Below, piece after piece: positions 1 to 10,277 of a DNA stretch of 64,000 nt. The notes beneath the pieces were generated by a model, which was not told the origin of the DNA, did no database searches, and worked only from the letters and a program-made list of their open reading frames with translations. Within the stretch, counting starts at the first letter, position 1; every line of letters begins with the position of its first letter. Position numbers and translations under genes: made by a program. This DNA comes from Pseudomonadota bacterium (GTDB lineage Bacteria; Pseudomonadota; Gammaproteobacteria; GCA-002705445; GCA-002716945), in the NCBI GenBank assembly GCA_036140295.1, contig JAYZYL010000001.1, positions 14,163 through 78,162 on the forward strand, read 5' to 3'.

Positions 1-787
1 TATCTGGATTCTTACTGATGATATTAATTATTAGGTCTTTAATAATTTGATCATCAATTTCTCCTAATAAAAATTTAATTTTTTCTCCATCCAACTCATT
101 TTCGCAGTAGGCCACACATTGTTCTAAAAGACTTAATCCGTCTCTAATACTACCTTTTGCTGTTGCTGAAATTAAATTAATAGACTCATTGTCAGACTTA
201 ATCCCCTCTTTTTCTAATATTTTTTTAATATGGGATTCAATTGTACCTACATCTACTGTAGATAATTTAAAATGTAAACATCTAGATAAAACAGTTTCAG
301 GAAGTTTTTCAGGCTCTGTTGTTGCAAGTAAAAATTTTACATGCGCTGGTGGTTCCTCTATGGTTTTAAGTAAAGCATTAAAGCTCTTATTTGATAACAT
401 ATGAACTTCATCAATTAAGTAAACCTTAAACCTTGATGAGGTAGGAGAATATTGAACATTTTCCATTAATGTTTGTGTGTCCTCAACCTTTGTCCTTGAT
501 GCAGCATCAATTTCAATTAAGTCTAAATGTGTTCCATTATCTATTTGAGTACATGAACTACATTCTCCGCACGGTTTAACCAATATTCCTTTTTCACATA
601 AAAGAGACTTTGCAAAAATTCTAGCAATAGTTGTTTTTCCTACTCCCCGTGTTCCTGAAAACAAATAGGAGTTATGAATTTTTTCAAGTGTAATAGAATT
701 TGACAAAGTTTTAACAACAAAATCCTGTCCAACTACTTCATCAAAAAATTTTGGTCTATATTTTAACGCTAGGACATCATTATTCAT
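1..787 (-). CDS. dnaX: DNA polymerase III subunit gamma/tau, N-terminal part (runs off window start)
   Basis: Not in ORF track. Hand translation from ATG at 787: MNNDVLALKYRPKFFDEVVGQD..., Walker A GTRGVGKTT, Zn motif PCGECSSC, IEIDAAS, DEVHML. Confidence 0.95.
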   Translation of the reverse strand, partial: MNNDVLALKYRPKFFDEVVGQDFVVKTLSNSITLEKIHNSYLFSGTRGVGKTTIARIFAKSLLCEKGILVKPCGECSSCTQIDNGTHLDLIEIDAASRTKVEDTQTLMENVQYSPTSSRFKVYLIDEVHMLSNKSFNALLKTIEEPPAHVKFLLATTEPEKLPETVLSRCLHFKLSTVDVGTIESHIKKILEKEGIKSDNESINLISATAKGSIRDGLSLLEQCVAYCENELDGEKIKFLLGEIDDQIIKDLIINIISKNPD

Positions 788-823
788 CTTAGTATTTTAT
801 ATCAATGTGATTTTTTTATTAAC

Positions 824-1531
824 CTAATTAATCTCTAAATTTCCTGTTTTAACAAAAATAAGCGCTCCTTCTTCTTTTGTAAATGGTGTGTGCTGACTTA
901 AGTGTGGACTACGTATCCATGAGCCTTTAGGGTAGACTCCATATTCATCATAAAATATGCCTTCCAAAACTAAAATTTCTTCTCCTCCCCAATGCTTGTG
1001 TGAGCTGAATTCTGTATTTGACTCCCATTTTACAAGCGCAGTGTGTTCAGTTCCAAATTCATGAAGCGGCATAACAAATAATCCAGGAACCAATCCTGCT
1101 TGCCATCTTAAATTATTTGTATCTTTCTTTATGTTTTTTGTGTCATTTAATTGGAATTGACGTAATTTCACAAATATAGTGCATCCATCTTCAGTATATG
1201 GATTATGAGTTGATCCTCGTGGATTTCGAATATAGGTTCCCTTGGGATATTTTCCAAATTCATCAGCAAATATACCATCAAGCACTAGCAGTTCCTCGCC
1301 ACCATCATGAGTATGTTCTTCAAAATAACTATTTGGGGCAAAACGAACTATGGAAGTAGCTTTTGCGTTTTCTCCACAATCATTCCTTTCAAGGTATATC
1401 CTTTCTACTCCCTTACAAGGTGACTTATTCCATGCTCCTTTTGTGCTATCAATTACAACTCTTTGGTTATAGTCTTGATTTATCTCTGTAAAATCTTCCT
1501 CAAAAATATTTTTTAAGTCTTTGTCTCCCAT
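824..1531 (-). CDS. ChrR-like cupin protein (tandem Cupin_7 domains)
   Basis: Two repeats of H-x-H-x-GGEE-(I/L)-LVL-x-G-x-F-x-DE-x-G-x-YP-x-G-(T/S)-(Y/W)-IR-x-P-x4-H-x-P. Confidence 0.85.
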   Translation of the reverse strand: MGDKDLKNIFEEDFTEINQDYNQRVVIDSTKGAWNKSPCKGVERIYLERNDCGENAKATSIVRFAPNSYFEEHTHDGGEELLVLDGIFADEFGKYPKGTYIRNPRGSTHNPYTEDGCTIFVKLRQFQLNDTKNIKKDTNNLRWQAGLVPGLFVMPLHEFGTEHTALVKWESNTEFSSHKHWGGEEILVLEGIFYDEYGVYPKGSWIRSPHLSQHTPFTKEEGALIFVKTGNLEIN

Positions 1532-1607
1532 TTAATTCTATGTTAACACGAAGCAATTAGGATTTGAGTTTTTCGTTAATCTTTTGAATCTTTGTTAGAA
1601 TATAGGT

Positions 1608-2189
1608 ATGGCTCTAGCTGCAATTATTGTTTTTATTGTATTTGTATTAATTGGAAGAATTGTCTTTCATTATAAATTAACTGGCACATCTGGTATAAAA
1701 TTTAATTTAAAATCTCTCTCCTCTTGTTCATTTTCTGCCTACTCAATCTTAGTGTCGGTAGGATGGTGGGGAATAGTATTGCTTTCAATCCTTGAGTTTT
1801 TCGATAAATTTCATCCTCAATTTAATTTTGGTATAACTGGAATAATAATTGGCTTTGCTTTTGTTTTATCAGGAATATTTATTGCTAATGTATCGCAATA
1901 CCAAATGGGTAAGTCATGGCGATATATTGGATCCAAAAGTGATGATGCAGAATTAATCACTCATGGATTATTTAAATATTGCAGAAACCCTATTTACCTT
2001 GGTGGCTTGATTTTTTTTGATGGAATACTTATTCTACTTCCACATTATCTTACGCTGATATGTGTCATATCGATTTATATTGGAATAGAAATCCTTATTA
2101 GGTATGAAGAAGAGCCTCATTTAAGGAAGATTCATGGAAGAATATATGAAGAATATTGCAATAAGGTTCGTCGCTTTATGTTTTATTGA
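1608..2189 (+). CDS. Isoprenylcysteine carboxylmethyltransferase / phospholipid methyltransferase family membrane protein
   Basis: Multiple TM segments; C-terminal LITHGLFKYCRNPIYLG...YEEEPHL...YEEY motif typical of the ICMT/PEMT family. Confidence 0.8.
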   Translation: MALAAIIVFIVFVLIGRIVFHYKLTGTSGIKFNLKSLSSCSFSAYSILVSVGWWGIVLLSILEFFDKFHPQFNFGITGIIIGFAFVLSGIFIANVSQYQMGKSWRYIGSKSDDAELITHGLFKYCRNPIYLGGLIFFDGILILLPHYLTLICVISIYIGIEILIRYEEEPHLRKIHGRIYEEYCNKVRRFMFY

Positions 2190-2201
2190 TGATAGCACTA
2201 T

Positions 2202-2624
2202 TTACCTACCTTCTAAAAAATTCAAAAAGGTTTTAGTGACAAGAAATGGTCTTCTGTAGTTTTTAAGAAATTGCTCTTTTAAATTCTTTGCTAAGGGCAT
2301 TGGATTGGTAGCTGCGTTATCATGAATTACTATTCCTTTATTAGTTTCTAAAAAAGAGAAGCCTTTATAATCCGATAAGCCATCAACTTTAATTACAAAA
2401 CTCCTTCGGCCACTATAAAGTAGATAGACTTTGAAAGCTGAGATAATTGATGTAGATTCAATTTGCCAATCGTCTTCAGAAATTTCATTTATTTTTAATT
2501 TTATTAATTCTTTCTTAAGGTCCTTTTTTTCTAAATTAGGTGATGAAAATAAATTTACTAAAGTGTTAATAAATGGAACTAGAAGATCAACAGACAGTCT
2601 AACTTTTTCGGAAGCTGTAGTCAT
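2202..2624 (-). CDS. Hypothetical protein (140 aa)
   Basis: ORF fills the gap directly after tRNA-Ser; extended -10 (TGATATAAT) 6 nt before the ATG; family not recognised. Confidence 0.7.
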   Translation of the reverse strand: MTTASEKVRLSVDLLVPFINTLVNLFSSPNLEKKDLKKELIKLKINEISEDDWQIESTSIISAFKVYLLYSGRRSFVIKVDGLSDYKGFSFLETNKGIVIHDNAATNPMPLAKNLKEQFLKNYRRPFLVTKTFLNFLEGR

Positions 2625-2639
2625 CCATAGATTATATCA

Positions 2640-2726
2640 CGGAGAGAGTGGGATTCGAACCCACGGTACCTTTAACAGCACACACACTTTCCAAGCGTGC
2701 TCCTTAAACCACTCGGACACCTCTCC
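2640..2726 (-). tRNA. tRNA-Ser(GGA), CCA not encoded
   Basis: Reverse complement GGAGAGGTGTCCGAGTGGTTTAAGGAGCACGC-TTGGAAA-GTGTG...GGTTCGAATCCCACTCTCTCCG; long variable arm; anticodon GGA. Confidence 0.95.
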
Positions 2727-2736
2727 AAATCTTATT

Positions 2737-3960
2737 TTAATGCTTCATTTTAGCTTGCATATTAAATAAATAAAGCCCAACTATGAAAAATAGAGAGAGG
2801 CTTAATATGCCAATTCTTGTACTGTCAAAGGCATAGGACATAAATCCAACAACAAGAGGGCCGATAAGTGCAGCAAACTTCCCTAACATGTTATACACTC
2901 CAAAAAATTCTGAACTTCTCTCATTAGGAACAATTTTAGCGTAATAGGACCTGCTTAAAGATTGTATCCCTCCTTGTACTAATCCAATAAGTACTGCAAT
3001 AAAGTAAAACTCATAAATTGAAGTTAGATTATAGGAAATAAGTGTTACTAATAAATAAACAACTAAACAAATTTGAATTCCTATCTCGGTTGTATATTTA
3101 TTTGCAAGGTAACCAATAAAGAGAGTAGCTGGAAAACCTACGAATTGTATAACAAGAAGTGCAATTAATAAATCAGCTGACCCAAATCCAATGGTCATGC
3201 CATAATTAACAGCCATTCTAATAATTGTATCGACACCATCAATATATATCCAATAAGAAAGCAGAAAAATTAGTAATCTCTTGTTTGAAATAATATGGTT
3301 GTAGGTATCACGTAAATTATATTGTTTTCTAGGGGAATTAGTTTCAGTAACAGGTTTATCTTTCCAGTATAAAATTAAGGGAATCATAAATAATAACCAC
3401 CAAAAAGATGCAAAGATGAAAACAATTTTTTTCTCAGACACTAAAGAATATGAAGATTGGTCATAGTAATAAAGAAATGATAGAGATAATACGAAGGCAA
3501 TCCCACCTCCTAAATAGCCTAAGGCATAACCTGCCGCTGATATAGAGTCATATTTTCTAGTGTTACCAAAATTTAATATCATGGAATCATAAAAAACATT
3601 CGATAACATAAAACCAAATAAGGACAGGCTAAAGAAAAATGATGCAAGTAACCAATGATCCTTTCCCACAGCTGATAGAAAAAAAGTTGATAGTATGCCA
3701 ATAAGTGCAAACGTAATCAGAAATTTCTTTTTTGCTCTTTTCCTGTCTGCTAATAATCCTATTAAAGGGGCAAGGATAATAAGTAATAAACTGGCTGAGG
3801 AATTAGAAATTCCTAAAATTAAAGTTCTTTCTGTGTCTGGGATGGTTGATGCAAAGTTTTCAGCAAAAATAATTGGATAAAACCCTGCCAATACAATTGT
3901 TGCATAAGCAGAATTTGCCCAATCATAAAGAGCCCAACTAAAAAGTTTTTTATCTTTCAC
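2737..3960 (-). CDS. MFS transporter, UMF1/Atg22-like family
   Basis: SWALYDWANSAYAT N-terminal motif, about 12 TM segments, GGIQSLSRS, EFFGVYN; GTG start. Confidence 0.85.
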   Translation of the reverse strand: MKDKKLFSWALYDWANSAYATIVLAGFYPIIFAENFASTIPDTERTLILGISNSSASLLLIILAPLIGLLADRKRAKKKFLITFALIGILSTFFLSAVGKDHWLLASFFFSLSLFGFMLSNVFYDSMILNFGNTRKYDSISAAGYALGYLGGGIAFVLSLSFLYYYDQSSYSLVSEKKIVFIFASFWWLLFMIPLILYWKDKPVTETNSPRKQYNLRDTYNHIISNKRLLIFLLSYWIYIDGVDTIIRMAVNYGMTIGFGSADLLIALLVIQFVGFPATLFIGYLANKYTTEIGIQICLVVYLLVTLISYNLTSIYEFYFIAVLIGLVQGGIQSLSRSYYAKIVPNERSSEFFGVYNMLGKFAALIGPLVVGFMSYAFDSTRIGILSLSLFFIVGLYLFNMQAKMKH

Positions 3961-3975
3961 AACACTTCAAGTTCA

Positions 3976-4062
3976 CGGAGGGACAGGGATTCGAACCCTG
4001 GAAGGTCGTTAAACCTTGCTGGTTTTCAAGACCAGTGCATTCAACCGCTCTGCCATCCCTCC
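3976..4062 (-). tRNA. tRNA-Ser(TGA), CCA not encoded
   Basis: Reverse complement GGAGGGATGGCAGAGCGGTTGAATGCACTGGT-CTTGAAA-ACCAG...GGTTCGAATCCCTGTCCCTCCG; anticodon TGA; directly downstream of serS. Confidence 0.95.
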
Positions 4063-4095
4063 AGTCAAGCCATTATAGTTTAAACCAAATAAATA

Positions 4096-5352
4096 TCATA
4101 ATTTGATAGTTTTGAATCCTGTAAATTTGTGCAAGACTTCAGGAATTGTAATGATATTGTTTTCAAAATTATTTTCAACTAATGCAGCAAGTGTTCTCCC
4201 TACTGCCAATCCTGATCCATTTAGAGTGTGTACAAATTCCTTCTTTTTTGAACTATTCTCTTTGTATTTAATATTTAATCTGCGTGATTGAAAATCTCTA
4301 AAATTACTACAAGATGATATTTCTCTGTATTTATTCTGTCCTGGCATCCATGCCTCCAAATCATATGTTTTAGAGGCAGAAAATCCTAAGTCACCTGTAG
4401 ACAAATTGACTCTTCTATATGGGATCTCTAACATTTCTAAGACTGATTCGCTATGCAGGGTTAATTCTTCAAGTACCTTCATTGATTCAGTTGGTTTTAC
4501 TAACTGAACAAGTTCTACTTTTTCAAATTGATGATGTCTAATAATACCTTTTGTATCTTTCCCGTAAGATCCTGCCTCTGATCTAAAACATGGTGAATGT
4601 GCTACTAGTTTTAATGGCAGTTCGGATTCAGACAAAATTTTATCTCTGTAAAGACTAGTCAATGGTACTTCAGCTGTTGGAATTAGAAAAAGGTTTTCAT
4701 TTTCAATTTTGAATAAATCAGCAGCAAATTTTGGTAATTGACCCGTTCCTAACAGACTATCATCATTAACAAGATAAGGAATGTTATATTCATGATAATC
4801 ATATTTCTCGGTATGGGTTGTAAGCATAAAGTTAATTAAAGATCTATGTAGTTTAGCGATCTCATCTCTCATAACTACGAATCGTGATCTAGAAATTGAG
4901 GCTGCAGATTCAAAATCTAAAAAATTGTTTTTTTTAAGAATTTCAGAGTGGTCAGACTTTGCTTCAGAAGGTGTACCCCATTCTTTAATAATAACATTAT
5001 CATTTTCATCTTTTCCAAGTGGGACATCGTCATCAGGAAAATTTGGTATAGTTAATAGATAATCATCTAATTTTTTTTGTAATTCAGTTAAAGAGTTCTT
5101 ATTCTTATCAATTTTAGACTCTATTTCTTTAGATTTATTTTTTAAGCTCTCTCTTTCAGTCTCAGTTTTAGTCTCCTTAAAGTTATCGGTTAGAATATTC
5201 TTCTCAGCCGCTAAAGTTTCTTTTGTTGTAATAAGTTCTTTTCTGGATAAAGATAATTCTTTTATTATACTTAGATCAAGTTTAAAACCTCTTGAATTTA
5301 ATTTTTCTATAGTTGAATCACTATTATTTAGTATTACATCTATATCTAGCAT
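4096..5352 (-). CDS. serS: Seryl-tRNA synthetase
   Basis: LIPTAEVPL, FRSEAGSYGKDTKGIIRHHQFEKVE, YREISSCSN, HTLNGSGLAVGR. Confidence 0.98.
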   Translation of the reverse strand: MLDIDVILNNSDSTIEKLNSRGFKLDLSIIKELSLSRKELITTKETLAAEKNILTDNFKETKTETERESLKNKSKEIESKIDKNKNSLTELQKKLDDYLLTIPNFPDDDVPLGKDENDNVIIKEWGTPSEAKSDHSEILKKNNFLDFESAASISRSRFVVMRDEIAKLHRSLINFMLTTHTEKYDYHEYNIPYLVNDDSLLGTGQLPKFAADLFKIENENLFLIPTAEVPLTSLYRDKILSESELPLKLVAHSPCFRSEAGSYGKDTKGIIRHHQFEKVELVQLVKPTESMKVLEELTLHSESVLEMLEIPYRRVNLSTGDLGFSASKTYDLEAWMPGQNKYREISSCSNFRDFQSRRLNIKYKENSSKKKEFVHTLNGSGLAVGRTLAALVENNFENNIITIPEVLHKFTGFKTIKL

Positions 5353-5383
5353 AATGTATTATTTCTATATATTTATAATTATA

Positions 5384-7630
5384 TTAATTTTTATCTATTA
5401 GAATTTCCCTATTTCCATTAGATTGAGGTGCCGATAAGATACCTTTGGCTTCCATGGACTCAATTAAGTTAGCAGCTCGATTATATCCCACTTTAAGCTT
5501 TCTTTGTAAGAATGAAATTGATGTTTTTTTATTTTCTTGAACTATACGAACAGCTTCGTTGTATAGATCATCATCACTAGAATCAATGTCAATTGGATTT
5601 AGTTGCTCTTCATCAACTGATAATAAAGATTCAATATAAGAAGCTTCTCCATTTCTTTTCAAAAACTTAACAACATCTTTAACTTCTTGGTCACTCACAT
5701 AAGCTCCATGAATGCGTTCTATTATTCTTGTTCCAGGTCCAATAAATAACATGTCTCCGTCACCTAATAATTGCTCCGCCCCCATACTATCTATGATGGT
5801 TCGTGAATCAATATGAGACGATACTTGTAAGGCAATTCGAGTTGGTATATTCGCCTTTATCAGCCCTGTTACTACATCAACTGATGGTCTTTGAGTTGCC
5901 AAAATTAGGTGGATTCCTGCAGCTCTTGCTTTCTGAGCTAATCTTATAATAAATTCTTCTGCTTTTTTTCCAACAGCGAACATCATATCAGCGTATTCAT
6001 CAATGACAACTACAATATAGGGAAGTTTTTCATGGTAGTTCTTTATTCCATCTCCATTTATGCCTATTTCTAATTTTTTACCAAGATGTTTATTTTCACT
6101 TATGGTTTTGTTGTAGCTTTGTATGTTTCGTACACCTAATTCGCTCATCATCCTATATCTTTTTTCCATTTGTTGAACGCACCAGCGTAAACCATTTGCG
6201 GCTTGTTTCATATCTGTAATAACTGGGTTTAGCAAGTGTGGGATACCTTCATAAACACTTAACTCCAGCAGTTTAGGGTCAACTAAAAGCATTTTTAAAT
6301 CTGTTGGATTTGATTTATATAAAAGGCTTATGATCATAGAGTGGACTGCAACTGATTTGCCTGAACCGGTTGTTCCTGCAACTAATAAGTGAGGGAGTTT
6401 GTGTAAATCAGTACAGACAGAATTACCCTGAATATCTTTTCCTAATGCAATCGTCAATGGCGATTTAGATTTTTCATAATCTTTTGAAATAATAATATCC
6501 TTCAACGAAACAATTTCTCTAACATCATTTGGGATTTCAATTCCAATAGAGGATGTCCCAGGTATATTATCAACAACTCTAAGACTATTTACAGACATGG
6601 TACGAGCTAGGTCCTTTGATAATGCAACTATCTGGCTTACTTTAATCCCTTTTGCGGGAATGATTTCAAATAAAGTAACTACAGGTCCAGGTCTTACAGA
6701 TTTTACAACAACATCAATACTAAAATCTTTTAGATTAGATTCAAGCAATCTTGACATATTATGCAGTGATTCATCATCATATTTTACTTTTTCAGACTCA
6801 TGTTGTACTAAAAATTCTAACAGGGGAAGATCAGTGCTTGGTTCATCTACAAATAAATCTTGCTGTTTTTCTTTAAATTCTCTTTTGCTAACATGTTTCT
6901 CCTCTGTTGGGAGTTCTACCATAGTCTCAGAGGTTTTTCGTATCAAAGGGTTTTTGTTTAATTTTTTCTCTTCATTTATTTTTTCAATATAAAGATAAAT
7001 TTTCTCTAATGTAGTATTTAAAACAAATTTTATTTTTAAAAAATAGTACTGCATATATTTAATAATATTTGATGATATTTTATTAATTGAAAGATCAAAA
7101 TATTTTATAAGAGAAAATAATAAAAGTGCAATTGAAAGCATAAGAGTTCCAATTCTCCCAACATATAGTCCTATATGGTGATTAAAATAAACTCCAACAA
7201 AACCACCAAAAAATTCTTTATTTTCAGATAAATTTTCAGGAGTAAAAAAGTTAAGCAATATGCATGATGATATGACTATTAGTAAAAAATAAATTACTGT
7301 TGTTAATTTAGCAGGAGAGGTTCCTGACAATTTATCTTTATCCAACATTTTCATTAAAACTGTAGCTATAAGGAAAATAGGAAGAAGAAATGCAAAATAA
7401 CCAACAAATTCAAAAAAGAAGAATGATATGTACGCTCCAACTATCCCTATATAATTATTAACTGTAGAGGCGATGCCTGAATTAAAGAAGTTTGGATCGC
7501 TAGGATCATGACTATAAATTGATACAAAAAAAAGCAGAGAGAGGACTAACACAAAGAAACTTGAGATTTCTTTTTTTAATGAGGTAAGTTTATTTGGTAT
7601 AAACTTTTTGTTTTTTCTAGCTTGAGCCAA
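5384..7630 (-). CDS. ftsK: DNA translocase FtsK
   Basis: N-terminal 4TM domain, Walker A GTTGSGKS, LILATQRPSVDV, C-terminal gamma domain (SISFLQRKLKVGYNRAA). Confidence 0.97.
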   Translation of the reverse strand: MAQARKNKKFIPNKLTSLKKEISSFFVLVLSLLFFVSIYSHDPSDPNFFNSGIASTVNNYIGIVGAYISFFFFEFVGYFAFLLPIFLIATVLMKMLDKDKLSGTSPAKLTTVIYFLLIVISSCILLNFFTPENLSENKEFFGGFVGVYFNHHIGLYVGRIGTLMLSIALLLFSLIKYFDLSINKISSNIIKYMQYYFLKIKFVLNTTLEKIYLYIEKINEEKKLNKNPLIRKTSETMVELPTEEKHVSKREFKEKQQDLFVDEPSTDLPLLEFLVQHESEKVKYDDESLHNMSRLLESNLKDFSIDVVVKSVRPGPVVTLFEIIPAKGIKVSQIVALSKDLARTMSVNSLRVVDNIPGTSSIGIEIPNDVREIVSLKDIIISKDYEKSKSPLTIALGKDIQGNSVCTDLHKLPHLLVAGTTGSGKSVAVHSMIISLLYKSNPTDLKMLLVDPKLLELSVYEGIPHLLNPVITDMKQAANGLRWCVQQMEKRYRMMSELGVRNIQSYNKTISENKHLGKKLEIGINGDGIKNYHEKLPYIVVVIDEYADMMFAVGKKAEEFIIRLAQKARAAGIHLILATQRPSVDVVTGLIKANIPTRIALQVSSHIDSRTIIDSMGAEQLLGDGDMLFIGPGTRIIERIHGAYVSDQEVKDVVKFLKRNGEASYIESLLSVDEEQLNPIDIDSSDDDLYNEAVRIVQENKKTSISFLQRKLKVGYNRAANLIESMEAKGILSAPQSNGNREILIDKN

Positions 7631-7714
7631 TTAACCCTCGTTTTCTAATATATTAGTACATTAATAGTTAATTTTCTATGTCGAAATGCTTAAATTACCT
7701 CAAATTTGCTATAA

Positions 7715-8710
<996 letters not shown>

Positions 8711-8712
8711 AT

Positions 8713-8883
8713 TTATATACTGTGTCCCCAAAAAGCAGAAAGCAATATTACTATCAATATAATAGATAATACCAACATAGCTGCTCTTAAAATATTTCTT
8801 ATAAAGTAATTTTCATAACTAATTCTAGAATAGAAGAAATATATTAATACAATGATTGCAAGTAATACTAAAATTATACGCAT
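8713..8883 (-). CDS. Small two-TM membrane protein (56 aa), unknown function
   Basis: Below ORF-track cutoff. MRIILVLLAIIVLIYFFYSRISYENYFIRNILRAAMLVLSIILIVILLSAFWGHSI; its ATG overlaps the thrC stop (TAATG) and it fills the gap up to trxB. Confidence 0.65.
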   Translation of the reverse strand: MRIILVLLAIIVLIYFFYSRISYENYFIRNILRAAMLVLSIILIVILLSAFWGHSI

Positions 8884-10277
8884 TATATATTTTCCATGAT
8901 AAATTTCTTTACAAGCTCTGTGTCATTCTTAAGAACAACTAATTTTTCATCTAAATTAAATAACTCCTTAACTTTCTGTGGAATAAATTTCTCATCTTTA
9001 GTAATGGAACTAACTGTTTCTTTAAATTTTGCAGGATGGGCAGTTGACAAAGTTACATGTATACAATTATTAGATTTATTTTTTCTTGAGGCAGCAAGTC
9101 CAACAGCAGTATGAGGGTCAATTAAAATATTTTTATCACTATATAGTGAAGAAATTATTGATTTGACTTCATTCTGTGATATTGAATAAGCCTTAAAGGA
9201 TTTTTTAATTTCATTAATTATTTCTCTGCTGAGAGTGTATGATTTCTTTTTATTCAATTCTTCCATAAGTTTTTTTATATAATTTGGATTTTTTGTAATA
9301 TCATAAATTAATCTCTCAAAATTACTTGAAATTTGGATGTCTATGCTTGGAGAAGATGTAGTAATTACTTCTTTTAATTTATGCTCTCCGTCATTTAAAG
9401 TTCTCATCAAAATATCATTTTCATTTGTTGCAATGATTAAATCTTTAATTTTTAATCCCATTTTGGAAGAAATAAATCCAGCAAATATGTCGCCAAAATT
9501 CCCAGTTGGTACAGAAAAAATAATATCTTTACCGCGAGGTAATCGACTGGCCGAATAAAAATAATAAACTATTTGACACATTATCCTTGCCCAATTAATT
9601 GAATTTACAGCTGTTAGCTTCTTTGATTTTTTAAATTCGTTATCTGCAAAAATACTCTTTATAATTTTCTGACAGTCATCAAAATTTCCCTCTATGGCAA
9701 TATTAAAAACATTTTCTGAAGAAACAGTTGTCATGAATTTTCTCTGTATATCAGTAATTTTCTTATGTGGATGTAATATAAAAATATTTATTGATTTAAT
9801 ATTTGAAAAACCTTCAATGGCTGCTGCTCCTGTATCACCAGAAGTTGCGCCCAATATGTTAATTGTCAAATTATCTTTGGAAAGATAATAATTCATAAGT
9901 TGTGCAATAAATTGCATTGCAATATCTTTAAAGGCATAAGTTGGACCATGATGGAGCTCTAATAAATATTCTTTTTCATTTATTTTAGTGATTGGAGTTA
10001 TTTCTTCTGTATCAAAACTTTTGTATGCAGATTTAATAATTAATCGCAAATCATCTACACTAATTGTATTGTCTAAAAATGGTAAAAGAACATCGTAGGC
10101 AATATCTAAATAACTTTTATCTGAAAATGATGCAATTGTTGATTGTTTTAGTGTTGGCCAATCTTCTGGGATATATAGTCCTCCGTCAGGAGCTAAACCC
10201 TCAAAAATTACGTCATGGAATTCTAGTTTTTCCTGGTGACCTCTAGTACTAACATATTTTAAAAATTCATTATCCAT
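8883..10277 (-). CDS. thrC: Threonine synthase
   Basis: YVSTRG, GLAPDGGLY, PLP lysine in HGPTYAFKD, ATSGDTG, VPTGNFGD. Confidence 0.97.
   Translation of the reverse strand: MDNEFLKYVSTRGHQEKLEFHDVIFEGLAPDGGLYIPEDWPTLKQSTIASFSDKSYLDIAYDVLLPFLDNTISVDDLRLIIKSAYKSFDTEEITPITKINEKEYLLELHHGPTYAFKDIAMQFIAQLMNYYLSKDNLTINILGATSGDTGAAAIEGFSNIKSINIFILHPHKKITDIQRKFMTTVSSENVFNIAIEGNFDDCQKIIKSIFADNEFKKSKKLTAVNSINWARIMCQIVYYFYSASRLPRGKDIIFSVPTGNFGDIFAGFISSKMGLKIKDLIIATNENDILMRTLNDGEHKLKEVITTSSPSIDIQISSNFERLIYDITKNPNYIKKLMEELNKKKSYTLSREIINEIKKSFKAYSISQNEVKSIISSLYSDKNILIDPHTAVGLAASRKNKSNNCIHVTLSTAHPAKFKETVSSITKDEKFIPQKVKELFNLDEKLVVLKNDTELVKKFIMENI

Noticed and set aside
1-787. dnaX programmed -1 frameshift site
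   Set aside because: The E. coli-type slippery site lies much further into the gene than the 262 codons visible here.
788-1607. SRP RNA (ffs) or an att repeat upstream of dnaX
   Set aside because: The gaps are only 36 and 76 bp, AT-rich, and lack the SRP domain IV motif or any tRNA-Ser 3' copy.
8883-10277. thrC as another alphaproteobacterial-like replacement
   Set aside because: The motifs (NIAIEGNFDDCQ, AVNSINWARIMxQIVYYF) are shared by Pseudomonas-type enzymes, so origin cannot be assigned by eye.
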